Shown here: piece after piece, positions 1 through 10,700 of the stretch
Numbering within the stretch: the stretch's first letter is position 1
Layout: the number at the start of each line of letters is the position of its first letter
Assembly: GCA_002633005.1 (NCBI GenBank)
Contig: NMRA01000053.1
Location: 770,711 to 834,710 of the forward strand
Direction of reading: 5' to 3'
From: Phoronis australis
Taxonomy: Eukaryota > Animalia > Phoronida
Length of the DNA stretch: 64,000 nt
Translations under genes and position numbers: made by a program
Notes under the pieces: generated by a model
What the model was told of the DNA's origin: nothing
Database searches by the model: none
The model's input: only the letters and a program-made list of their open reading frames with translations

Positions 1-137
1 TCCCTAATATTACCAACCTCAAAGCCAGGTGAGTAGAGACACTCTGTATTCCCTAATATTACCAACCTCAAAGCCAGGTGAGTAGAGACACTCTGTATTC
101 CCTAATATTACCAACCTCAAAGCCAGGTGAGTAGAGA
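1..137 (+). repeat. 49-bp tandem repeat (at least 2.8 copies, runs off the window start) containing a CAG|GTGAGT donor motif
   Basis: Unit tccctaatattaccaacctcaaagccaggtgagtagagacactctgtat starts at 1, 50 and 99. Confidence 0.95.
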
Positions 138-252
138 TCACGACACTCTGCTCATGATAAATTCACCCTTTCCTCACTCATCACCACACTGTTCTCACTT
201 ACTGTTCCTGGCTCAGTATTTGTTACTTTTTGTTTCTGTACAACATTTGCAG

Positions 253-319
253 AGTCAAATCACATCCTCAACAGGGAACCAAAATCTGGACCAGTCAGAT
301 TTTTGCACAAAGTGACTGA
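253..319 (+). CDS. Possible terminal coding exon of an unidentified upstream gene
   Basis: Pyrimidine-rich tract plus TTTGCAG acceptor ending at 252. A phase-2 join to the donor in the 49-bp repeat gives ...NLKAR|VKSHPQQGTKIWTSQIFAQSD*. AATAAA at ~660. Frame uncertain. Confidence 0.35.
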
Positions 320-844
320 GTGACTTACTTATAGGAATTCTCAACTATTATTCTATCACTCCCCTAAATGCTTGAGCATTAATACCAGACCATGTTTATG
401 TACAGTCATCAGTCATCACGAACACGAAGTAACTCAGTTCAACCCAAAACACCTAACTTTTTGTAACTGTTCACAACCATTTTAAGTTAAGGCACTGATT
501 CAGGTAAAGGCTAAGTACAGGGTCTGAGCTCAACTATATTTACCTGTTTCGTGTATAGCTCAGTTTTACTGATTTCTTATTAAATTAACCTTGAAGGGAA
601 TTCCGAAGTTAACCTTTCCCTGTATCCAAACATCTGTTGGTACATAATAGCTGATAGTTAATAAAAATTTGTAAGATTAAAACAGCCCATAAAGATAAAA
701 ATTATAACATAATTATTTAATAACTGCACACATTTCATTTCAATATTAATATATATCTGATATTAATGTGTGAATTATAATAAAAGACTTAAAAATATAT
801 TTTTTTTAAACAAAAGTAATAAACGACTAAGACCTGGTTTCTCT

Positions 845-1008
845 GACATCACTTCCTGCAATGGATGCCAAGAGATCCGCTGTAAACACGAAGTGAAGTT
901 TTGCGTTGAACGATGCTTGTTAGATTTATGTTCACGACTGTTCACAATGGGCTTACTTTGCGTTAGTTGGATAAAGATCACCTTAGAGTTCCTCTGTGTT
1001 GAAATATG
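845..1008 (+). promoter_or_regulatory. Putative NPHP3 promoter and non-coding first exon
   Basis: TGACATCA (CRE-like) abutting CTTCCTG (ETS-like) at ~845-858. Strong donor ATG|GTAAGT at 1008/1009 and matching acceptor TTTAG ending at 1584. Confidence 0.5.
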
Positions 1009-1309
1009 GTAAGTATGTATTCTTTCAGTAAATTATTTTTAGAAGCAAATCATTGATTTTACCAGTTCCAAATCAGTCAATTACTGACTGTAAGTGTACT
1101 GTCTACTATCTGAACTAGTCAGTGACATTGACGGTGTCAGTGACATAGCATACAACGCTAAGGATGAGACAAGAAATACCCACCTAGGTCCACAACAAAT
1201 CGCACAAAAGTCCGCATCCTGTTGTAAGTACCTGTGCATAGAGGGACACCTAAGAAGGCCGTTGATCATTTTAATTCCTCAAACAAATATTCCTGTTATT
1301 AAATTGAAT

Positions 1310-1438
1310 AGTCCTTCGTTCAGTTGCCCAAATTGCCGACTAGCCATTTTTGCACTGCGCACACTCCTATTCTTACCGCACCTACCAGGAATGCGCGCAG
1401 TGTTAAAAATGCCGATTTGGGCAACTGAACGAAGGACT
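1310..1438. mobile_element. 129-bp palindromic (foldback) MITE-like element
   Basis: Perfect 24-bp inverted arms agtccttcgttcagttgcccaaat / atttgggcaactgaacgaaggact plus imperfect inner arms. Confidence 0.75.
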
Positions 1439-1625
1439 GCTCAAAGGAAAAGTTTGATCATGGGAGTATTGTTCAAGTTTGAAGGAATAAAGACATCGAT
1501 GGTCTCCTAGGAACCTCAACCATAACTAATTTTGTTTGGTAATGAATCTACTGAGCAATTAACATTTCTGTGTTTACTGTTTAGATGACATGTGATCCGT
1601 TCTGAAGGTAACCAGTCATCCCGCA

Positions 1626-1717
1626 ATGGGAAGTGGCGGCTCAGTTCTGCCTCATGGAGACGAGCAGGAGTTTCGTATTCCAATAGAAGTCAAGCCTCGT
1701 GGGAAACTGGGACTCAA
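1626..1717 (+). CDS. NPHP3: NPHP3 coding exon 1
   Basis: [30 protein letters not shown]; MGxxxS myristoylation motif; donor gtaaat. Confidence 0.88.
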
Positions 1718-4700
1718 GTAAATTTATTTTAATGTTATTTAAAGTTTGTCTCTGATGCGCAGTGATTTTAACACATTTCGAAGCTGCTATGAACTTTTTA
1801 TTTAAACTACTTGTCTATAAGACTGGTCTCCATTTGTTCCATTACGCAGATGAGATGTGATTATATGACAGCTCTCAATTCTTCTCAAGCCTGAAATAAC
1901 CTCAGATTTGAGTAAGGAACAGTTTGATATCAGTTACAGTTGAAACATAAAATTATTAATGGATAGAAGGCAGGTTCATAGTACCTTTGAATAATCTTTT
2001 ATTGTAAAATGGAGTACCATTTCATGATTTTGTTTTCGATTACTGCAATGGACTTATTGTCTTTGTGATTCATGTGGATGTTTTATGTCATTCGATGAAG
2101 GAACTACATGATTGTGTACTTGTTTCAATAGAATGCTTAGCTTACTACTTTAACCCAAATAAGAAACCATCATTTGTTCTTGTTGTAAGAATAGCGCTAT
2201 ACTGGAATTCATAGTTTATTTAATCAAGGTGTGGAACACTGTGTTACTTTGCCTGTCATGTACAGTTACTTTTATGACCCGTTTACTGTCATTGACTTGT
2301 TACCTATCAGAGCAAACTTCTGACTAAAGTAACATCTACAAGTTTACTCACAACAACTTGCCTTAAAATCAATTTGCCCCTATTCAGCTGAGCGTCTATG
2401 CTACTCACCGTACGCCAAGGGAAAAATGTGGCACAAAAAGAGTTAGGCACCCCCAAGTTTGCAGCTGATAATTACTTCTGCCTAGTCTGCAGGTTTGTGT
2501 CCACATTATGACTTGCATTGGGGAAAGTTGTCCAAGAACAAGTTACCCTATCTTGGTAAGGTAGGGTAAGTTATTGCACTTGCGTCAAGTTACCCTAGTG
2601 CAAAACAGCATTCGTACACTACTAAACCTAGTGACAGTAAATTGATTCAGTCCAGAATATTGTGGACTTAAAATCTTGTAGGAGTTACCAATTTCATTAA
2701 TTTGCATTTAGTCATCTGACTAGAAATAGCAATTGCACAATGTTGGTGACTGGCTAATCTTTCACTGGCGTTATGAATCTCAGGTCCGTTGGTTCAGGAC
2801 TGGGATGGAAGCCCAAAGGTGGCAGCCTGCGTTCGGCTCTCTCTGTCGACCTAGAGAGCCCAGAGGTGGAGCGTATTCGGAAGGACTTTGAGATGTACCG
2901 GCTGCAGAAGGAGAATGAGATGGCAAACATACAGAAGAAGGAACAGAAGCTGGAGATGGAGAACAAGAGACTGAGGGCGGAGCTTCAGGCTCTGCAGGTG
3001 AGTCAGTCAAGAGACTGTGGGCGGAGCTTCAGGCTCTGCAGGTTAGTCAGTCAAGAGACTGTGGGCAGAGCTTCAGGCTCTGCATGTGAGTCAGTCAAGA
3101 GACTGTGGGCAGAGCTTCAGGCTCTGCATGTGAGTCAGTCAAGAGGCTGAGGGCAGAGCATCATTCGCTGTAGGTTCGTCAATCAATTAGTTGAGGGTGG
3201 TACTTCAGGCTCTGTGGCTGAGGCAATCAATAAACTGAGGGCAGAGCATCAGGCTTCATTTAGTGAGTCAACGAAAGAGCTGAGGGCAGAAGTTCAGTCT
3301 CTGTGGGTGAGTCAATCAAAAGGCTGTAGGCAGAGCTTCAGTCTTTCTGGGTGAGTCAATCAAGAGGCTGAGGGTGGAGCTAGAGACTCAGTTGGTACGT
3401 CAATCTAGAAAAGAAATGTGCCCGACTTGAGATTAAATGTCTTCTTACTTTCAGTTGTGCTAAAATGAGCAGAACTGTTGTGTACATAACATCGCGTGTT
3501 TCCAGAAAACAAACAGCAGCCTGAGAACTCAGAGGGATAATGCTCATGAGGCTGAACGCCAGGCCCTAACCAGAGCAGCAGCCTTTGAAAGCGACAGGGA
3601 TAAAGTGCAACGTCAGTTCAAGGTGGGTTGCTACACTGAGAACACGAACTCTTACAACAATAGGGAAATGCTGTCCACACTTACGGTAGTTTTCAAAAAA
3701 TTTAATACAGATTTGTCATGATTTTCACAGCTTCATCGAAGATTGGACAAAAAACAGTAAAAAAACTCTTACTAGGAGGGGGGTGCTTATTATAGCCCAA
3801 AGTGGTTCAAACCGGGTCTCCGAAACAGGTGAAATCGTAAGCTAGGATTCATCAAATTAACGCTCTGTGATGCATCTGTAACCTATGACAGACTTTCTAT
3901 AAGTTTGCGGTGCATTGCTATCAAACTTCATTGTTAAATTAAGAACATTTTTCAGAAAATCCTGCTGAAATTCCAGGGCGAAAACTCACCGACTGATGCA
4001 TCGCTGCCTCGCGATCGCCGATAGGTCAATTTGAATTCTTGAATAAAAATATAGTTTCTACTCAACAAACAGCATCCATAAGGTTTTTAAGTTCCTGTGG
4101 AGTTGGGATTAACTGCATAATTATTAAGTTTCAAAGCTTGTCTACATCTGTGAGTGAGCGTGTGTGTGTCATCAGAGTTCATTTGCCAGAGTAAAAATGT
4201 AATGTAACGATCTAGGTGTGCATTATAACTAAAGAAAGTAACACAAGCAGAACATGTTTTATTTTAGTTGATCTCATCTGCCAAATAACGTTTGTCTCGG
4301 TAAGGCGGATATTAAATGTCATGAGTCGCCACTTGACTGGATGCATGACAGACTAACAGTCATTTTCCGGGAGATTCGGGGGGGGGGTGTAAGGCTGCGG
4401 AAATGTTCACCATCAGTGGGTCATTTTGACTTTAAAAACACCAATTATGACTAATTTAATAATTCCTCCTAAAAATAACGCAAAACGTTTTTTACGGTAT
4501 TAGAAACTTTCGGAAATAAGTGCCAATGTTTATTTCTTGCTGATGCTGTGCTACCCATTTCATGATTAGTTCCAGAAGACTAAAGTCTTCGATGACAGGT
4601 ACATGTATGTAGCACGTGCTTCCTGGCTACGTGCTTTTAACACCAGCCAAGTTTTTATTAGTCTTCGATTCACAGTTTTCACGTCTTCAAAGAAATTTGG

Positions 4701-7700
4701 ATTCTTGTCTTGGAGAAGATCTGTATGGGAAAGATACAACACAACCCCTTTGACAAGTACGCTGCGTCTGTTCTGAAAGGCTAGACCACAATGGGACACA
4801 TTCCTCGCAAGATCAACAAAACCTTTGCGTTCTATTTTTAAGCACGGCGGAAGTTTGAGGTGTATAGTCACGGCTAAATACTGACATAGCGACAAATTCC
4901 ATGCACAGTGATTTTTCCGGGACTGTCAGATTTTATTGCTAAATTGAGGAGGTTACTGTAGAATTTTAGAACTGTATTTAAGGCATTTTTTGCATGGACA
5001 CGTTTGTGGACTGGGCTTATTTTAGCAAAGTCTGAAAACTCGTGGGGGTGCTTATAGGGGCATGGGCGCTTATTAGGGCGAATACGGTTATTCTTTAATA
5101 ATGTACCGTTCTATAAGTAAACACAGTTTGCCAGCTCACAAATGCAGTGCAGGACTCACAAAGCAGGGTTTACACATCCACAAATGGTTCTCTTGACTCA
5201 CGAACACAACTTGCTGGCTGCCTAACACGGTACGTAGACATAAAGTTCTTGCACCATGTTTTGCTATTGGTGGCTACGATTTTAAGTCGGTGAACTGTAG
5301 TTTTGGATGCATGTGTTTTTGGTATGTGAACTGTCTTTTGTGAGTCCGTGTACCGTGTTTGGCAATCACCTGTGTTTTTTGGTCCAGTCGTGACTCGTGA
5401 GTTGGTGAGCTGTGTTTGCAAGGCTTGTGAGTCATGTTTACAAATGAAAAACAATTTTTATGAGTGCGGCAGCTGTGTTGGTTCTGCCTTGATAATGAAA
5501 TTTCTAGAACATTGATTCAAGTGGAAAAGAAATCTTCTCAAACCAAATTCCCGTTGCAGTTATTCCGAGAAACTAAAGAAAAAGAGATCCAATCGTTATT
5601 AAAAACCAAACGTCAGGTGGAGAATCGACTAGCTCAGGTAGCACCTCACATGATCCAAGACGATATGGATAACGTTTCTCGAGAGTCGGACAGCGAACGT
5701 GCTGTGTCTTATGTCAATGGCAACCCAGGCGACTGGTGGACGGCCCTGGAAAGTGAGCCCTCTCTTGACAGCAGCATGCAACTACACCAACCCATGTTTA
5801 AGGGGCCGGAGTTTGCTCACACTATGTTACAGCTGGACGATGGACCGTTCACCAATGTCAACAAAGGTGTGTAGTTTGAAAGTAATCTTATGACTATGCA
5901 GGAGATGCAGGATTATCTGAGATGTTCAAGGGGAATTCTTTCTCTGTTCGAAGTACACGCACACAAACAACTACCCCTCATGTTAGATTTTCACACAATT
6001 GTAAAGTATCGTGCCCATGACTGGGTATCTCAAAATACTTTTTCTACATAAAAATGATGTCAAATGTTATATAGTTTGGTTTAACAAATGGAAAAAACCC
6101 TGAAGGAAGGTAAAAAGTCTTAACACCATGAAGCTAATTGATTTAAAATTCTTCGTCATAATGACTGAGCTCACGTGGAATTTCCTGTCATGACGGCTGA
6201 ATGCAAAAGAAAATTCATCAGCAGAGTTGCTGGAATGATGAGTCATCGTTGGTCGTTATTTGTCATGATGGAAAAACTGAACTTTAGTTTTGGCATTCAC
6301 TATAGCAGGGAATCAGTGAACAATTAACCTTTAATGTTTTACTCTGAAATTTTGCCAATTTTTCCAGAAGGGAACTTTTTAAAAAATTTTGTTTAAAACT
6401 AACAGTAGGTGGCATGAATTTTGCTCAAAGTTGAGTTCTTCTAAATCTTTATCAGCTTGTATTTCATATCCTCTTGTGCACCATCGTTTCCAGATGACTG
6501 GACAGTAATAGCACACAGTCTCACTCAAGGTCTACAGAGTAGCACCGAAGAGCTGGGAGGCAGCGTTGTGAAGCTGTATATATCACAGTCCAGGGACATG
6601 CAGGCAGAATATGACTGCTTTGTCAAGGTAAAATGTAGTTCAAGACTGATATTATTATGTGCCCAAATCTATCATCTCTGTTTGTGCGTCTGGTGGTCAA
6701 TCTCCTAAACCCCATTGTAGGATCTTAATGAGATTCAGTAGATGTGGTGCTATGAAGCTGATGGCAGACGATGAGTTTTGGACTGATCTGACTACCACTT
6801 TGTTCCTTAATGGCTATTTTAATTTTATGTTTGCGTCTGTATCTTTGGAGTTAGACAATGGATTTTCATGAAATTTGGTAAATAAGTGTTTTTTAAGAGA
6901 TGATGGTGCCTTCCCATTTTCGGATGAGTCTGACTTTTTTTTACCTCCTAGTGTCCATTTTTATTATTTTCAAGTTTTTGACATTCGTGTTTCTGTCAGC
7001 CAGGCTGCTCAAAAGATCATGAAAATTGGCAGATGTGTTCTTGCTGAGAAGACTACAACTTACCGTGATTTTCACAGAAGCCCAACTACTGTGACAACCC
7101 CTAGTGGCAATGTCATTTTTTGCGTCTGTGGCTGTATCTTCTTAACACCTTGCAAGATCTTTGGGAAATTTGACTAGTGGATTTCTATGAAAGGTGCAAC
7201 AGATGGCAACCTTTTCAGCCAAATATAACTACCACTGTGCCCCCTAGTGGCCATTCGGAATTTACCTTTGCCTCTTTGGAGTTTCTGGATGTATTTTTAT
7301 GTGCACACATGTTAATTATGTGGATGCATATTGCCGTCATCTCTGTTTATGCATCTGGCATCCATGGCTGTAATGAGATTTGACAGATGTGTTTATATGA
7401 AACTGAGGACAAACGACCACAAATTTCGGATCAATTTGGCTACTGCTCTGCTCCTCAGTCTAATTGAATCTTTCATATGCATGTTTTGCGCTACTGTAAG
7501 TTCCTTTTTTCATGCCAAACCAAAATTGAATCGCAGAAAGATATCTCATAACAGTATTAACAAGTGTCCATTAAGTGATTGAAATAATTTTTAGGTTCTG
7601 TGGTATGTGCCGAATTGAACATTTATTTTGTTAGTTTGACGAAAAACTTTTCAAAACAAAAGCCAACATCTGTAGGAAGCAACACCCTAATACTGCCAGC

Positions 7701-10700
7701 AAGATAATCAAGGAAATTGTTTTGTAATGCAGGATTACTTACCTTTAATAAAGAAAATGGTGGAACATGAAGGTCGCTACCTGGTCACGGTGCTGTTTGA
7801 TAATGATCAAGAGTTGTCAGAAAAGGTATGTCATCATTTTATTTAAGTATGCGTACTGGAATAGAAACCTGTTTGTTATGGTTATGTGGCCAGGCTGAAA
7901 ATGAGTTCGAGTGTAAAGATTATAAAATTTGTGATCAAAATGACATTAGTAAAATTTCAGTTTATTAAAACTTTACTACGTGGCTAAAAATCTTTAATGA
8001 ACACTTTCAGTACTGAGCAAGACTTCATCAATTCGAAACAAAAAATTCTGTGTTATTTTTTAACCTGCTCAATTGTCCTTCATTTTGTTTATCATTCAGT
8101 GGTTCAAAAGCCGTGAATGCAAAGTAAATCTTCAAAGCATGTTACTTTACATTGTGATGTCGTTGATACAAATTATTTGAGTAATGTCAATTTTAATGTT
8201 AATTGAAAGATTTGTATTTCTTCAGGAGGTTGCCCGGCAACTTAAGTGCCGCTGTAAGCAAATAGAATCCTGCACTCTATTGGTCGGTCTTCTTGGAGAA
8301 CAACTCAGCAGGTAAGAGGACGTAAACATCAATCTCTCCAACAGATTCCGACTTTTACCAAAGTGAAGTGTTCATTAACTCATCAAGCTAGGGATTATTT
8401 CTCTCTTTTCTGAGCTAACTGTCACTGTCAGTAGGGGACCACTAGTTTGTTTGTGATAGAGGTTATGTGATAATTAGAGTATTGTCTTGGTTTTGACCGT
8501 TTTTCACTTCTTTTCGATTGCCACTATCAGCCTATAGTTGACAGAACTGTACTAAATCTAGTGCTTATTACGTAATCAACCTTTTCTTGCGCATGTTTCT
8601 CTATTTGTCACATCTCTGAACTATTGACAACTGTACTAGATAACCTTTCTTTACAAGAATTATCATTCTTATGGATTTAAATATTCATTTAAATTCAAAG
8701 AACTTGTTATATTATCGTAATGATAGTAGACAATTGAGCTGCCTTTTCACGTATCATTTCTGAATTATTCTTGTTTTTCATCAAAAATTACAATTAGTCA
8801 TTTTGTTATTCTTAGACATAAAGCACCACAGAACTAAGATGGCCAAATTTCGTGCTAAGCAAGATCAATGGCACTATATTGAAATTCACTATGATCCTGC
8901 CAGATAGTGATGAGATCTTTTGGTAGACAGATGTTCAGTGCCACTTACAGATCCCATTTAATGCGGACAAGAGGTTTCGACCTACTGGTACAAACAGCAT
9001 TTTAACGCCTTTTTTGCCATCAATACCGGACAATTTCCTCTGTTGTTCAGTGGGATGTACTAATAGCTCAAAGAAATATCCATGGGTGAAAGATATCATA
9101 TACCATACATTTCCCACTGCAAAGAGGAGTCCACGGCTGCAAAGTCAGTAGCAGCGACTGGTAAAGCAGAAGAATTCTGATCCCAGCCAATGTCAAAAGG
9201 CTAATTTGTGAACTCAACCAAATTGGAGGGACTTATAGTGGTACTTATTCATGTGTTTTTGAGTTAACGAACCACTTTGTAGAAATTGTATTTTTGTCCA
9301 CTGATTTTGAGACGGAATCAAGCGAAAGCCAATTTCACGTTCTCTTTATTCTACAAAGTGCCAGAATGAGAAGCCCACTATTTAATGCAGGTTTACAAGA
9401 CGTATGATTTAATTTCAGCTTCACAGAGGGTGAAATACATCATGGATATCTAGACAGTCCTGGTAACAGGCCTGTTGTTTTCTGTTTTAAAGATTTTGAT
9501 TATAAAAGGTAAGTTGCATGCTATATACTGTTGTAGTTACCATGGTGATAGATGTAAGTTCTGTCCTGGCTTTTAACAGTGCTAAGTAGGTAATTGTTCT
9601 CTCTTGAATTCTGTGCACATTAACTTTAGAGACAATATAGTGGTGTTTCTTCAAGTCCCATAATTTGTCGCACAATGGCTTTTTGGCTTTATGGCTAGGA
9701 CTGCACGTTCTCGACGATGTAACTTGAAAATATGTTACAGTAAAATCTCACCAGTTTAGGATGCAGTGTGGCGGACAAATACAAGTATATTGTTACCAAN
9801 NNNNNNNNNNNNNNNNNNNNNNNNNNNNNNNNNNNNNNNNNNNNNNNNNNNNNNNNNNNNNNNNNNNNNNNNNNNNNNNNNNNNNNNNNNNNNNNNNNNN
9901 NNNNNNNNNNNNNNNNNNNNNNNNNNNNNNNNNNNNNNNNNNNNNNNNNNNNNNNNNNNNNNNNNNNNNNNNNNNNNNNNNNNNNNNNNNNNNNNNNNNN
10001 NNNNNNNNNNNNNNNNNNNNNNNNNNNNNNTAACAACGCACACAGTGCATTTGCACCAAGATGTGTCACCTCGTCTGTCCTCAGTAGCCGCCTCGTTTCT
10101 CTCAACAGCTGCCTGTGCCTGTGCGTACTCTGCCTCGTTATACTCGGGCTCACACATGTACCCACCCACTGAATGTCCGTGAAAAAATTCCTCGTCACCA
10201 CTGCTGTGAACAAGGTCTCCGTCACTCACACTACTGTCACTGTGATACGGGTCACCGACTCCAGCCCATGATTTTCAGCTTACAACACACTAAACAATCC
10301 CTAAATCCAACGTAGTTGAGTTCTCTACTAACCTATCTTACCACAGAATACTCGCCGATGGAAAGTGGTGGCGACAATTGTTGAAAAACAGCACAAAACG
10401 AAAGTAGAATACCCAGATTTGCACGGTACACTCAACGTAAAACCAAGTGGCGGGAAACACTTGCCTCCTAAAACGTCACTTCCGGAGTAGAGGACGAGTA
10501 ACTAATAAAATTACGAAAAGCTGTAATTAAGTGGAAAATATGTCTAGGATAACCAACCAACCTTATTTTAGCTCAAAATGACATGAAAAGAGGTTGCCTT
10601 CGCCTTTAATGCAGGTTTACAAGACGTATGATTTAATTTCAGCTTCACAGAGGGTGAAATACATCATGGATATCTAGACAGTCCTGGTAACAGGCCTGTT

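Noticed and set aside
2998-3150. Extension of ORF 2773-3150 with repeated RLxAELQAL peptides as a real coiled-coil repeat
   Set aside because: It is read-through into the 44-bp intronic array; homology continues in exon 3 from the donor at 2997
3775-5087. Transposase in the 1.3-1.45-kb Tc1/pogo-like elements
   Set aside because: Only short ORFs without DDE or HTH motifs in either copy
5100-5470. Loose foldback with gactcac / gtgagtc motifs
   Set aside because: Probably an old MITE, but the arms are too degenerate to define termini
9695-10225. Several ORFs spanning the N run (also at 37612-37939)
   Set aside because: Artefacts of translating through N; only the 10229 frame has a recognisable motif
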